A stretch of 64,000 nucleotides of DNA from positions 4,656 to 68,655 of the forward strand of contig JBHIBC010000005.1 of the NCBI GenBank assembly GCA_046758905.1. The letters run 5' to 3'. The position numbers were made by a program, and so were the translations under genes. This DNA is from Acidobacteriota bacterium. Lineage in GTDB: Bacteria; Acidobacteriota; Polarisedimenticolia; Gp22-AA2. Every line of letters starts with the position of its first letter. Positions within the stretch are counted from its first letter, which is position 1. Positions 19,627 through 31,069 of the stretch are shown here, piece by piece. The notes below the pieces were generated by a model. That model worked only from the letters and a program-made list of their open reading frames with translations, was not told the origin of the DNA and searched no databases.

Positions 19627-20049
19627 ATGCAGCAACTGCTCGCGATCGTCGGCGTCCTGATCCTCCTGCTGCTGGTCATGCGGGTCTCGCTCGCGAGGCG
19701 CGGCAAAAGCTTCGCCCTGCCGGGCGGGGTGACGGCCCTCAACCTCGCGACCGGCGCGCTCGCCGGGGCCGCGGCGGCCGTGCTGGCCGGGGATCTCGGG
19801 CGCCGGGGCGGCGCCGGGCTCCCCGGAGGGGTCGGGGGCGGCTACGCGCTGCTGCACGGGGCGCTGCTCTCGATCCTCCCTTTCGCCGGGGTCGTCCTCG
19901 GCGCCATGGCCGGCTACTTCCTGTGGGGGGGGCTGTGGTCCCGGCTCGTCCGCGGCGGCGGGGCCGCGGCGCGGGCCTGGCTGCGGCGCTCGCAGTGGGC
20001 GGCGATCGCCGCGGCGCTGCTCTACCTGATCCTCCGCCGCCGCGTCTGA
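19627..20049 (+). CDS. Hypothetical small membrane protein
   Basis: 140 aa; three hydrophobic helices; Gly/Ala-rich. No recognisable motif; codon usage consistent with coding. Confidence 0.4.
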   Translation: MQQLLAIVGVLILLLLVMRVSLARRGKSFALPGGVTALNLATGALAGAAAAVLAGDLGRRGGAGLPGGVGGGYALLHGALLSILPFAGVVLGAMAGYFLWGGLWSRLVRGGGAAARAWLRRSQWAAIAAALLYLILRRRV

Positions 20050-20087
20050 TCCGCTCCAGGGCGGGCGCCGCGCGAGGCCCCGGCGGG

Positions 20088-20453
20088 CTAGCCGGCGGGA
20101 GCCTCCCGCCGGTCGGTGCTCAGGACGATCTCGTGGATCTCCATGACGTTGGGCCCGGCGAACATCTCGGCCGGGGGGCGGTCGCTGTGGGCGGAGCGGA
20201 ACGACTCGCTGTTCGTCCAGCTCCAGAAATCCTCCTCGGTCTCCCAGTAGGTCTGCACCAGGTGGTACCCGGGCTCGGCGGTCTCTTTCCACCGTCCGGT
20301 CCGGTGGTCGAGCCGCCGCCGGACCGGACGCATGACCAGGTTCTTGATGAATCCGGGAGCCCGATCGATGAGGTGCGCCCGGTTCCTGAAGCGGTCCTCG
20401 AACGCCCGCTCCTGTCCCCTCGCGACGGGGATGCGATTGGTGACGACGAACAC
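20088..20453 (-). CDS. Antibiotic-biosynthesis-monooxygenase (ABM) domain protein
   Basis: 121 aa; MFVVTNRIPVARGQERAFEDRF...LVQTYWETEEDFWSW is the ferredoxin-like ABM/IsdG-type dimeric alpha+beta barrel pattern. Confidence 0.7.
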   Translation of the reverse strand: MFVVTNRIPVARGQERAFEDRFRNRAHLIDRAPGFIKNLVMRPVRRRLDHRTGRWKETAEPGYHLVQTYWETEEDFWSWTNSESFRSAHSDRPPAEMFAGPNVMEIHEIVLSTDRREAPAG

Positions 20454-20558
20454 TGTCTCTCCTCCTGGATCCGTCCGGATCCCCGAACCCGGGCCGGTGC
20501 GCCCGGCGGCCGGCGACGCCGCTCGGATGATATCACCCTCCCCCGCGGCGGGCCGGCG

Positions 20559-22808
20559 TCAGGAGATCCGGATCGGCTCGTTGGCGTTGACGAACAGGAC
20601 GTCGCGCAGCTGCGCGTGCGCCAGGAGGGCCCGCTCGGGGCTCTCGAAGATCTCCTTCTGCCTCAGGCCGAGGATGACCAGGTCCGCCTCGGACGAGCGC
20701 CTCGCGGTGGCCATCTCGAACGAGGTTTCGCCGCCGTAGGCGACCGGCGTGATCTTCTCGGGCGAGATCGGCAGGCGCCCCTCGGTGACGATCTGGTTGA
20801 CCTTCTCCATCTCCTCCTTGACCTCCGAGGCGGGGTAGCAGGCGAACAGGCGGATCTCCGCCTCCTCCCAGTCGGGATGGCCGAGGATGATGTAGGCGAG
20901 CAGGATCTGCAGCGGGGCGCTGGCCAGGTCGTCGGCGGTCAGCCAGATGTGGATGTCCTTGCGGTACCCGAAGCGGAACCCGGCCGAGCGCAGCACGCAC
21001 ACGTTGAAGCCGAGCGGGGCGAACAGCCGCGCCCCCTCGATCACCTCGGCCAGCTCCTCGGAATGCTCCTTCGAGAACTCGAGAAGCACGCCGTTGTTCG
21101 GCAGCCCCGACACCCCGGGCAGCTGCGCGACGTGGGAGAGGGCGGTCATGTACGAGGGGGCGACGATCGTCTTGACGAATACGCCGGCGCGGCTGGCCTC
21201 CGTCTGGACGATCAGCTTGCGGGCGATCTCCTCCGCCTTGCGGCTCGACTCGGGGGTCAGCGTCCCGTCGACCAGGTGGATGAGCTGCCCGAACCCGTGC
21301 CGCTGGCTGATCCAGCGCAGCAGGTCGAAATGATCGACCCGGTCGAGCGACTTCCTGGACAGCGCCACGAAGGAGGGCCGCCAGTCGCGGATCCGCCCCC
21401 CGGGGTCGCTCCGCTGCAGCGAGATCTGCAACCGGCGCGTCAGCTGGAACATCACCCCCTCGAAGATGGCGGCGAGGTCGCGCTCCTCGCGGCGCCTGTA
21501 CCCCAGCCCCTTGTAGATGGCGATCATGATCAGCAGCGCCAGCAGGGCGTAGAACGGCCGCATCTGGAACATCATCATGAAGCACATCACGGCGCCGAGC
21601 GCCGACAGGTACCATCGCGATCGGAACGTCGGGCGGTAGGAGGGATTGCCCGCGAAATGCTCCAGGAAGGAGACGCTGCACAGGGCGCCGTAGGTCACCA
21701 TGAAGAACATGCTGATGATCTGCGCCACGAAGTTGACGTCGCCCACGGCCACGAAGGCCAGGGCGACGGCGCTCGACACGAGGGTCGCCGCCACCGGCTC
21801 GTGGGCCGGACCGCGACCCCGGGCCAGGAAGGCGTTGAGCCTGACAGTGGGGAAGACCCGGTCGCGCGCCAGCGCCTGCAGGGTGCGGGGTGCGACCAGG
21901 ATCGACCCGACCGCCGAGGAGAGGGTCGCCGCGGCCAGCCCGATCGGGATGATCGGACCCCACAGGGCGATCCGGCTCATGATCAGCTGGTCGCCGGCCA
22001 GATCCCCGGGCGCGGCGCTCGCGGCCAGCTTGACGACCAGGGCGACGTAGACCAGCATGCCGGTCAGGGTGGCCGACAGCACCCCGAGGGGGATCGACCG
22101 GCGGGGGTTCTTCAGGTCCCCCGACAGGCCGACCCCGGCGGTCATCCCGGTGAACGCGGGGAAGCAGATGGCGAACACCAGGATGAACGGGTCGGGCCGG
22201 TCGATGTGGTGCGCCAGCGGGAGGCCGTGCGCGGCGTCGGCCGCCGGCCCGCCGCCGAGGAAGAAGAGGCCGAGCGACGCGGCCAGGATGCCGCAGACGA
22301 CCCACAGGGCCCTGACGCCCATGCTCGCGCCGCGCCTGAGGATGACGCCGAGCAGGATCAGCGAGGCGGGGAGGCTGACCATCCGGGGGTCGGTGGGGAT
22401 GCCGAAGCGCTCCTCCGCAACCTCGAGCAGACGCCCGAACGCCTCGGCGAAGGCGATCATGTAGAAGGCGACCGAGACGACCTGCGACAGGTAGAGGGGG
22501 ATCCCGATGGCGCCGCCGATGGTCCGGCCGAAGGATCGGCTGATGATGTGGTACTCGCCGCCTCCCTCCACCCGGCGGTTGGTGGCGATCTCGGCGATCG
22601 CCATCGCCGTCGGCACGGTCACCATGTGGCCGAGCAGGATCACCAGCAGGGATCCGATCAGGCCCAGGTGCCCCACGGCGTAGCCGAACCGCAGGAACAT
22701 GACGGCGCCCAGGATGGTGCTGACCGAGGCGAGGAACACCGGAGCGGTCCCGAACCCGTGACCCGTAAGCCGCCCGGCCGGGCCCTTCGCGGGCTGAGGA
22801 GTCGTCAT
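20559..22808 (-). CDS. SLC12-like cation:chloride cotransporter homolog (APC superfamily permease with CCC-type C-terminal cytoplasmic domain)
   Basis: 749 aa; start ATG 22808..22806 (MTTPQPAK...). Strong similarity to eukaryotic CCC TM1-TM3 signatures: FLRFGYAVGHLG; EIATNRRVEGGGEYHIISRSFGRTIGGAIGI (compare NKCC ...[28 protein letters not shown]). 12 TM segments, then a roughly 300-aa soluble C-terminal domain. The 1154-aa ORF extension is antisense to the LysM gene and rejected. Confidence 0.8.
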   Translation of the reverse strand: MTTPQPAKGPAGRLTGHGFGTAPVFLASVSTILGAVMFLRFGYAVGHLGLIGSLLVILLGHMVTVPTAMAIAEIATNRRVEGGGEYHIISRSFGRTIGGAIGIPLYLSQVVSVAFYMIAFAEAFGRLLEVAEERFGIPTDPRMVSLPASLILLGVILRRGASMGVRALWVVCGILAASLGLFFLGGGPAADAAHGLPLAHHIDRPDPFILVFAICFPAFTGMTAGVGLSGDLKNPRRSIPLGVLSATLTGMLVYVALVVKLAASAAPGDLAGDQLIMSRIALWGPIIPIGLAAATLSSAVGSILVAPRTLQALARDRVFPTVRLNAFLARGRGPAHEPVAATLVSSAVALAFVAVGDVNFVAQIISMFFMVTYGALCSVSFLEHFAGNPSYRPTFRSRWYLSALGAVMCFMMMFQMRPFYALLALLIMIAIYKGLGYRRREERDLAAIFEGVMFQLTRRLQISLQRSDPGGRIRDWRPSFVALSRKSLDRVDHFDLLRWISQRHGFGQLIHLVDGTLTPESSRKAEEIARKLIVQTEASRAGVFVKTIVAPSYMTALSHVAQLPGVSGLPNNGVLLEFSKEHSEELAEVIEGARLFAPLGFNVCVLRSAGFRFGYRKDIHIWLTADDLASAPLQILLAYIILGHPDWEEAEIRLFACYPASEVKEEMEKVNQIVTEGRLPISPEKITPVAYGGETSFEMATARRSSEADLVILGLRQKEIFESPERALLAHAQLRDVLFVNANEPIRIS

Positions 22809-23000
22809 GCGGGTCGCCGTCCTCGCGAGGAACCCCGCCTCTTTAGAGCAAACCGGCGGGAGTGTCAAGGCGGCCGATCGGGACCGCGTTGCCGGGCGTC
22901 GATCCCCTGTGATAGAAACGGCTCGGGAGCGGGTGCTCCCGGACGGCCGAACCGGCGTGGATCGTCGGCCGAAAGGCTCGAGGGGGAGGAGGAGCGGACG

Positions 23001-23834
23001 ATGCGTGGACGGATCGCACTGGCGGTGGGATGCGTCGTGCTGGCCGCGGGATGCGCTTCGCGCCCGCCGCAGGGAGTCACCGACCTGAACAGGATGTGGG
23101 GCGAGCTTCGCGAAGGCTGCGCGGGCGTATACGCCGCGGACGAGACGCGCTCGCTGGAGCCGGAGGTGGAGGCGATGAACGCCCTGGTCGCGGACGAGAA
23201 GTACCGCAAGGCCGGCAAGGAGGCGGAGGCGCTTCTCCCCCGGGTGGAGAGCCTCAGGGCCGGGGCCGAGGGGGCGCGGGTCGAGGCGAGGCAGCGGGCG
23301 GAGGCCGCCGTCGGCCGCGCCGAGGAGGCGCTGGCGGCCGCACAAGAGGCCGAGGCCGAGACCCACGACGCCGCCGGGTACGGCTCGGCGCGGTCGAAGC
23401 TGGACCTGGCGCGCCGGGAGCTCGGGGACCCGTGCGGGTATCGGCGTGCCGCGGAGCTGGCCGCCGAGGCTGAGCGGCTGGCCGGGCGCTCCAGATCGGC
23501 CGCCATCGCCGAGAAGCAGCGGATCGAGGCGGAGCGCCGGCGCGCCGAGGAGCAAGCGCGCCGCCTGGAGGAGGAGCGCCGCCGCAAGGCGAGGCCGCCG
23601 GCCTACACGGTCCGGCAGGGGGACTCCCTGTGGCGGATCTCCGGGATGGAGAAGGTCTACGGGAACCCCATCTACTGGCCGGTCTTGTACGAGGCCAACC
23701 GCGACCGGATCGGCGACCCGGACCTGATCTACCCGGACCAGGAGCTCCAGATCCCCCGCGAGATCCCCGAGGACGCGATGCGGGAGCGGGCCCGGCGCTT
23801 CTACCGCACCTACGCTCCGCCGTCGGCGGAGTGA
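23001..23834 (+). CDS. LysM-domain lipoprotein with coiled-coil (DUF4398-like) N-terminal region
   Basis: GGAGGAGGAG RBS; lipobox LAAGCAS; Ala/Glu/Arg-rich coiled-coil; C-terminal LysM YTVRQGDSLWRISGMEKVYGNPIYWPVLYEANRDRIGDPDLIYPDQELQIP. Confidence 0.75.
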   Translation: MRGRIALAVGCVVLAAGCASRPPQGVTDLNRMWGELREGCAGVYAADETRSLEPEVEAMNALVADEKYRKAGKEAEALLPRVESLRAGAEGARVEARQRAEAAVGRAEEALAAAQEAEAETHDAAGYGSARSKLDLARRELGDPCGYRRAAELAAEAERLAGRSRSAAIAEKQRIEAERRRAEEQARRLEEERRRKARPPAYTVRQGDSLWRISGMEKVYGNPIYWPVLYEANRDRIGDPDLIYPDQELQIPREIPEDAMRERARRFYRTYAPPSAE

Positions 23835-23934
23835 GGCCCCGCGCTGCGGCGCTCGTGGGCCGCGCCGCAGCGCCGGTTGACCCCGGCACGGGCCGGGATT
23901 ACGATGGCGCCCTTCCGCGGGAGGGGGTTCGCTG

Positions 23935-24423
23935 ATGGACGAGGATCTCAGGCTGCTGAGAGCGGTGCGGCTGTTCGAGCAGGCGTACGGGAAACAGAAG
24001 GAGGGCGAGATCGAGGAGGCCATCCGGCTCTACAAGGCCTCGATCGCGGAGCACCCGACCGCCGAGGCGTACACCTACCTGGGTTGGACCTACTCCTTCC
24101 AGGGCCGCTACGACGACGCGATCGAGCAGTGCAAGATCGCCATCACCGTCGACCCGCAGTTCGGGAACCCGTACAACGACATCGGGTCGTATCTCATCCA
24201 GAAGGGCCAGCTCGACCAGGCGATCTCCTGGCTGGAGCTGGCCAAGAAGGCGCCGCGGTACGAGCCGCGACACTTCCCCTACCTGAACCTGTTCCGCGTC
24301 TACCTGAAGCTCGGCCGGCTCGACGCGGCACAGCGGGAGCTGGAGCAGGCCAGGTTCATCGAACAGAGTCAGGAGATCGCCGCCGGCAACTACGACGAGG
24401 AGGCCGGCACCACCGTCAACTAG
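23935..24423 (+). CDS. Tetratricopeptide-repeat (TPR) protein
   Basis: 162 aa; three TPR-like helix pairs (AIRLYKASIAEHPTAEAYTYLGWTY..., GRYDDAIEQCKIAITVDP, ...AISWLELAKK). Confidence 0.7.
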   Translation: MDEDLRLLRAVRLFEQAYGKQKEGEIEEAIRLYKASIAEHPTAEAYTYLGWTYSFQGRYDDAIEQCKIAITVDPQFGNPYNDIGSYLIQKGQLDQAISWLELAKKAPRYEPRHFPYLNLFRVYLKLGRLDAAQRELEQARFIEQSQEIAAGNYDEEAGTTVN

Positions 24424-24424
24424 G

Positions 24425-26269
<1,845 letters not shown>

Positions 26270-26477
26270 GACCGTCCCCCTGCCTCCAAAGGGCGCGAGC
26301 GCGTTCCGGTTGCGCGGTACCGAGCGAACCTACTCCACCGCTCGGGCTTCGTCAAGACGCGGCCCGGGGAGCCCGTCGAGGGCGCCGCCCGGCGCCGGGC
26401 CGTGTGGACAAGCCTCTTCGCCGGAACTATATTTGGGTCCCACAACTCCCCGTGCCGCCTCGACATGGAGCCCTACG

Positions 26478-28418
26478 GTGTGCGGGATCTGCGGAGTCTT
26501 CGAGTTCGGTTCGGCTGAGCCCGCGGTCGACGAGGCCACCCTGACCCGGATGCGCGACACCCTCACCCACCGCGGGCCGGACGACGCCGGGCTGTACGTC
26601 TCCGCCGACCGGCGCGTGGGCTTCGGGCACCGGCGGTTATCGATCATCGACCTGTCGCCCGCCGGCCGGCAGCCGATGTCGAACGAGGACGGGACGGTCT
26701 GGATCACCTTCAACGGGGAGATCTACAACCACGCCGAGCTGCGCGTCGAGCTCGAGCGGCGGGGCCACGTCTACCGCTCCCGCACCGACACCGAGACCAT
26801 CGTCCACCTGTACGAGGAGGAGGGGGCCGACTGCGTGCGGCGGATCGAGGGCGACTTCGCCATCGCCGTCTGGGACGAGAGGCGCCGCCGGCTCCTCCTG
26901 GCGCGCGACCGCCTCGGCGTCAAGCCGCTGTACTACGCCCTGCTCCCCGGCCGTCTCCTGTTCGGCTCCGAGATCAAGGCGATCCTCGCCCACCCGGCCG
27001 TATCGCGCCGGCTCGACCTGGCGGCGCTGTATCACTACCTGACCTTCGTGGTCGCCCCGGCGCCGCGCACCCTGTTCGAGGGCGTGCGCAAGCTGCCCCC
27101 CGCGACCCGGGTGCTCGTCGATCGGGACGGCGGGCTGCGATCCGAGGTCTACTGGGACCCCCTGCTGCAGCCCGCGGAGGAGGGGGCGCGGTACGACGAT
27201 CCGGAGTTCTGCGCGGCCCGCATCCGGCAGCTCCTCGAGAGGTCGATCGCCAGGCGGATGATGTCGGACGTCCCGTTCGGGGTGTTCCTCTCGGGCGGCG
27301 TCGACTCGTCGGCCAACGTCGCCCTGATGGCGCGCCTGATGGACCGCCCGGTGCGCACCTTCTCGGTCGGCTTCCGGGATCATCCCTCCTACAACGAGTT
27401 CCGCTACGCGCGCAAGGTCGCCGCGGCGTTCGGCACCGAGCACCACGAGGTCGAGATCGGCTGGAGGGACCTGCTGGACTACATGCCCCGGCTGATCTTC
27501 CACCAGGACGAGCCGATCGCCGACTGGGTCTGCGTGCCGCTGCACTTCGTCTCCCGCCTGGCGCGCGAGACCGGGACGATCGTCGTCCAGGTCGGGGAGG
27601 GGAGCGACGAGCAGTTCTTCGGGTACGAGCACTACCGGCGCGCCTACGACCTGCACGCCCGGCACTTCGCGCGGCTGCTGCGCCTGCCGCGGGCGGCCCG
27701 CCTGGGCGCCTACGCCGTGGCGCGCGGCCTCGCGACGCTGCTGCGGCGCGACGGGGACCGGCTGCGGCTGCTGCGGGCCGCCGCCCTGGACGAGCCGTTC
27801 TTCTGGGGCGGCGCGATCGTCTGGCGGGAGCGCGAGAAGCGCCGCCTCCTCTCGGGCGGCGCCGCCGCGCTCGACGGCCTCGACTCGCGCCGGGTGATCG
27901 AGGAGCACCTCCGGCACGCCGAGGCGGCGCTGCCGGGGTCCGACTTCGGCCAGAGGATGAGCTACCTGGAGCTCAAGAACCGCCTGCCCGAGCTCCTCCT
28001 GATGCGGGTCGACAAGATCACCATGGCCTCCTCGGTCGAGGCCCGCGTCCCCTTCCTGGACCACCCGATCGTCGAGTTCGCGCTGCGCATCCCGACGCCG
28101 CTCAAGCTGCGCGCGGGGCGGACCAAGTTCCTGCTCAAGCGGGCGATGCGGGGGATCCTGCCCGACGAGATCATCCACCGGCCGAAGCAGGGGTTCGGCG
28201 CCCCGATCAGCGAGTGGCTGCGGGGCGACCTCCACCAGCACGCGCTCGACATCGTGCTGGGCTCGCGGCTGAGGGCCGAGGATCTCCTCGACTACCGGCA
28301 GGTGCGCGACCGGTTCGCGGCGCACCGGGCGGGACGCGGCGACCACTCCTGGCACCTGTGGACGCTGTACAACCTGACCCGCTGGTACGACTACTGGATC
28401 GCGGGCGAGGCCGCCTGA
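26478..28418 (+). CDS. asnB: Asparagine synthase (glutamine-hydrolysing), AsnB family amidotransferase
   Basis: GTG start giving (M)CGICGVF with Cys2 nucleophile of class-II glutaminase domain; SGGVDSS PP-loop of the synthetase domain. 646 aa. The in-frame upstream ORF portion from 26268 lacks a start or RBS. Confidence 0.85.
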   Translation: MCGICGVFEFGSAEPAVDEATLTRMRDTLTHRGPDDAGLYVSADRRVGFGHRRLSIIDLSPAGRQPMSNEDGTVWITFNGEIYNHAELRVELERRGHVYRSRTDTETIVHLYEEEGADCVRRIEGDFAIAVWDERRRRLLLARDRLGVKPLYYALLPGRLLFGSEIKAILAHPAVSRRLDLAALYHYLTFVVAPAPRTLFEGVRKLPPATRVLVDRDGGLRSEVYWDPLLQPAEEGARYDDPEFCAARIRQLLERSIARRMMSDVPFGVFLSGGVDSSANVALMARLMDRPVRTFSVGFRDHPSYNEFRYARKVAAAFGTEHHEVEIGWRDLLDYMPRLIFHQDEPIADWVCVPLHFVSRLARETGTIVVQVGEGSDEQFFGYEHYRRAYDLHARHFARLLRLPRAARLGAYAVARGLATLLRRDGDRLRLLRAAALDEPFFWGGAIVWREREKRRLLSGGAAALDGLDSRRVIEEHLRHAEAALPGSDFGQRMSYLELKNRLPELLLMRVDKITMASSVEARVPFLDHPIVEFALRIPTPLKLRAGRTKFLLKRAMRGILPDEIIHRPKQGFGAPISEWLRGDLHQHALDIVLGSRLRAEDLLDYRQVRDRFAAHRAGRGDHSWHLWTLYNLTRWYDYWIAGEAA

Positions 28419-29734
28419 TGCCGGGGATGACCTTCAGGCGCGGGGTGACGCTGACCCTCACGGTGCGGGCGCTGACGATCCTCGTGGGCCTCGTCAGCAG
28501 CATCGTCACCGCCCGCTGGCTCGGGCCGGAGGGGCGCGGCCTCCTCGTGACCCTGTCCGTCCTGACCGGGCTGGCGCTGCAGTTCGGCAACCTGGGCCTG
28601 CACAGCGGCAACATCTACTTCGTGGCCCGGGAGCCGAGCACCACCCCCGCGGTCCTCGGCAACTCCCTGTGGCTGAGCCTCCTGCTCGGCATCGCCGGGG
28701 GCGGCGCGATCGCGGCCCTGGGCGCCGCCCGTCCCGCCTGGTTCGCGGGCCTCCCGTACGCCCTGATCCTGGTGAGCGCCGCGGCGCTGCCGTTCCAGTT
28801 CATGATCTTCTACTTCCAGAACACCCTGCTGGGGCTTAAGGACGTCCGGGCCTTCAACGCGTTCGAGGCGGGGCTGAAGGTGGTCAGCTTCGCGTCCCTG
28901 GCGGTCTACCTGATCGGCTTCTCCGGAGGGCCGCGGGGGGCGGTCGTGATCCTGGCGATCGCGGCGGCCGCGGGAGGCCTCGCCTCCGTGGTCTACTGCG
29001 CCCGGCGCCACCCGTTCCGGCCCGGCCTCGACGCCGGCCTGCTCAGGCGGATGATCCCGTACGGCGGCAGGGTCTACCTCTCGTGTCTGCTCTCCTACCT
29101 GGTCATCCGCGTCGACATGCTGTTGGTGAACTACTTCCTGGGAACCGATCGCGCGGGGGTCTACTCCATCACGGTGCAGATCGCCGACGTGCTCCTCCTG
29201 CTCCCGGCGACCATCGGGATGATCCTGATGCCGCGGATCGCCGCCGAGGCCCGGGGCGGCCGCGACGCCGGCGCCGCGCGGCGGGACCAGGGAGCCATCA
29301 CCGCCCGGGTCTCCCGCCACGCCGCCCTGCTGATGACCCTGGTGTGCGGGGCGACGTTCTTCCTCGTCGACCCGCTCGTCGGCATCCTGTACGGCGAGCC
29401 GTTCCGGGGGGCCGTCCCCGCGACCCGGTGGCTGCTGCCCGGGCTATGGGCCCTGGGGATGAACGGCATCCTGATGAACCACTTCGCGGGCCAGGGCCTC
29501 CCGCGGATCGCGGTCATCTCCCCGCTGTGCGGCGTGGCGCTCAACCTCGGGCTGAATCTGGTCCTGATCCCGGCCGCCGGGATCGTGGGGGCCGCGATCG
29601 CCTCGTCCGCGGCCTACGCGGCGATGTTCGCCCTCGCCCTGGCGTATTTCGTCCGCTCCGGCCGCGTCGGCCTGCGGGAGACCTTCGTCCTCGCTCCGCG
29701 GGAGTTCTTCGGCCTTCTGGGCATCGGACCATGA
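28418..29734 (+). CDS. Polysaccharide biosynthesis protein / oligosaccharide flippase (MOP superfamily, Wzx-like)
   Basis: ATG overlaps the asnB stop (ATGA). 438 aa, about 12-14 TM helices, N-terminal Wzx-like pattern ...TILVGLVSSIVTARWLGPEGRGLL.... Confidence 0.75.
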   Translation: MPGMTFRRGVTLTLTVRALTILVGLVSSIVTARWLGPEGRGLLVTLSVLTGLALQFGNLGLHSGNIYFVAREPSTTPAVLGNSLWLSLLLGIAGGGAIAALGAARPAWFAGLPYALILVSAAALPFQFMIFYFQNTLLGLKDVRAFNAFEAGLKVVSFASLAVYLIGFSGGPRGAVVILAIAAAAGGLASVVYCARRHPFRPGLDAGLLRRMIPYGGRVYLSCLLSYLVIRVDMLLVNYFLGTDRAGVYSITVQIADVLLLLPATIGMILMPRIAAEARGGRDAGAARRDQGAITARVSRHAALLMTLVCGATFFLVDPLVGILYGEPFRGAVPATRWLLPGLWALGMNGILMNHFAGQGLPRIAVISPLCGVALNLGLNLVLIPAAGIVGAAIASSAAYAAMFALALAYFVRSGRVGLRETFVLAPREFFGLLGIGP

Positions 29735-30525
29735 GCTTCGAGGCGAAGGATGCCGCCCGGGCCGAGGAGCGGGTCAGGTCCGCCTACAGCGCCAACGCGG
29801 CCCGCGTGGAGGCCAGGGGCTTCCGCGACAACCCGATCTACCTGGCGACCAAGGCGCTGGTCGACTGGGACCTGCTGGAGGACATCGACCTGGGTACCAA
29901 GGACGTCCTGAACGTCGGCTGTTTCGAGCCGATCGACGAGATCCACTACGCGCGCCGCGTCCGGAGCTGGACGGCGATCGACGTGAACCCCGAGGCGATC
30001 GCCATGGCCCGGCGCATCGTCGACCGCGAGCTGGGGCCGCGGCTGCGCGAGCGCCTGCGCTTCCGGGTGGAGGACGCCACCCGCTTGTCGTTTCCGGACG
30101 CCAGCTTCGACGTGGCGGTCTCGTTCTCGGCCATCGAGCACATCCCCGCCGCGCCGCGCCGCCGGGCGGCGATGCGGGAGATGGCCCGGGTGCTGCGGCC
30201 GGGCGGGCACATGATCGTCACCGTGCCCAACCGGTACAGCACCTTCCTCCTCGCGCACCTGCGCAACCTCAAGCGGGGGAGCGACTACGGCTACTCGTAC
30301 CTGTACGGCCCGCTCGAGCTGAAGCGGGACATGAGGTCTGCGGGCCTCAGGATACTGAGGTTCTCCTCGGAGTGGCGCGCTCTGCTGGTGATGCCGTCGT
30401 TCATGCCGAAGCCCTTCAGGGACCTGCTCTTCCCGCTGGTCTATTTCGGGGAGAGGATCGGCTGCCTGGCCCGCAAGCCGGCGCCTCCCGGGGCGGATCC
30501 GGGGCCGGTCCCCGCTTCTCCCTGA
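29731..30525 (+). CDS. Class I SAM-dependent methyltransferase
   Basis: ATGA overlap with the flippase stop. Motif I LNVGCFEP, motif post-I AIDVNPEAI, and ...LRPGGHMIVTVPN (methyltransf_11-like). Confidence 0.75.
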   Translation: MSFEAKDAARAEERVRSAYSANAARVEARGFRDNPIYLATKALVDWDLLEDIDLGTKDVLNVGCFEPIDEIHYARRVRSWTAIDVNPEAIAMARRIVDRELGPRLRERLRFRVEDATRLSFPDASFDVAVSFSAIEHIPAAPRRRAAMREMARVLRPGGHMIVTVPNRYSTFLLAHLRNLKRGSDYGYSYLYGPLELKRDMRSAGLRILRFSSEWRALLVMPSFMPKPFRDLLFPLVYFGERIGCLARKPAPPGADPGPVPASP

Positions 30526-30530
30526 TGCGG

Positions 30531-30947
30531 TCACCCGTCCGCGCGGCGGCCCGTCCGGCCGGCGGCGCGCTCGAGGGTCGCGCGCTCCGCCCCCGTCAGC
30601 GGCCGCGCCCGGGAGGTCCCGGGATCGCGGACCACCAGGACGACGCGCGCCTCGGCGGCCAGCCGGCCGTCCAGGGTGGCGATCTCCTCCCGCAGGTGGA
30701 TGCTGGAGCTGCCGAGGCGGTCCAGCCGGCAGCGGACGATGACCGCGCCGTCCTTCTGGGTCAGCTCGCGGCGGTAGTCGATCTCCGCCCGCACGACGAC
30801 GTAGTCGATCGCCTCCCCCTTCGCCTCGAACATCTCCTGCATCCAGTCGTCGCGGTTCTCCTCCAGGTAGGTCAGGTAGACCGCGTTGTTGACGTGTCCG
30901 AAGGCGTCCATGTCGCGCCAGCGGATCTCGATCCGTTTCTCGTGCAT
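30531..30947 (-). CDS. Acyl-CoA thioesterase, hotdog fold (YbgC/4HBT-like)
   Basis: 138 aa; IRWRDMDAFGHVNNAVYLTYLEE is the 4HBT active-site region (DxxGHVNN). Confidence 0.7.
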   Translation of the reverse strand: MHEKRIEIRWRDMDAFGHVNNAVYLTYLEENRDDWMQEMFEAKGEAIDYVVVRAEIDYRRELTQKDGAVIVRCRLDRLGSSSIHLREEIATLDGRLAAEARVVLVVRDPGTSRARPLTGAERATLERAAGRTGRRADG

Positions 30948-31069
30948 CTTCTCACCCGGCGGAAGCGGCGCCGACGGGTCGGCATCGTATCATCGCGGGG
31001 GCCGCGGCGGACAGGGGCGGCCCGGCCCTGCTACCATTCGCGCGCAGCGCAGGCGCGAGGGAGGCTCTC

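Noticed and set aside
19305-23834. 1509-aa plus-strand ORF spanning 19.3-23.8 kb
   Set aside because: Low-complexity R/G/D/P-rich translation antisense to the SLC12-like transporter and ABM genes. Only its last 277 codons (23001..23834, own RBS and lipobox) are a real gene (LysM lipoprotein).
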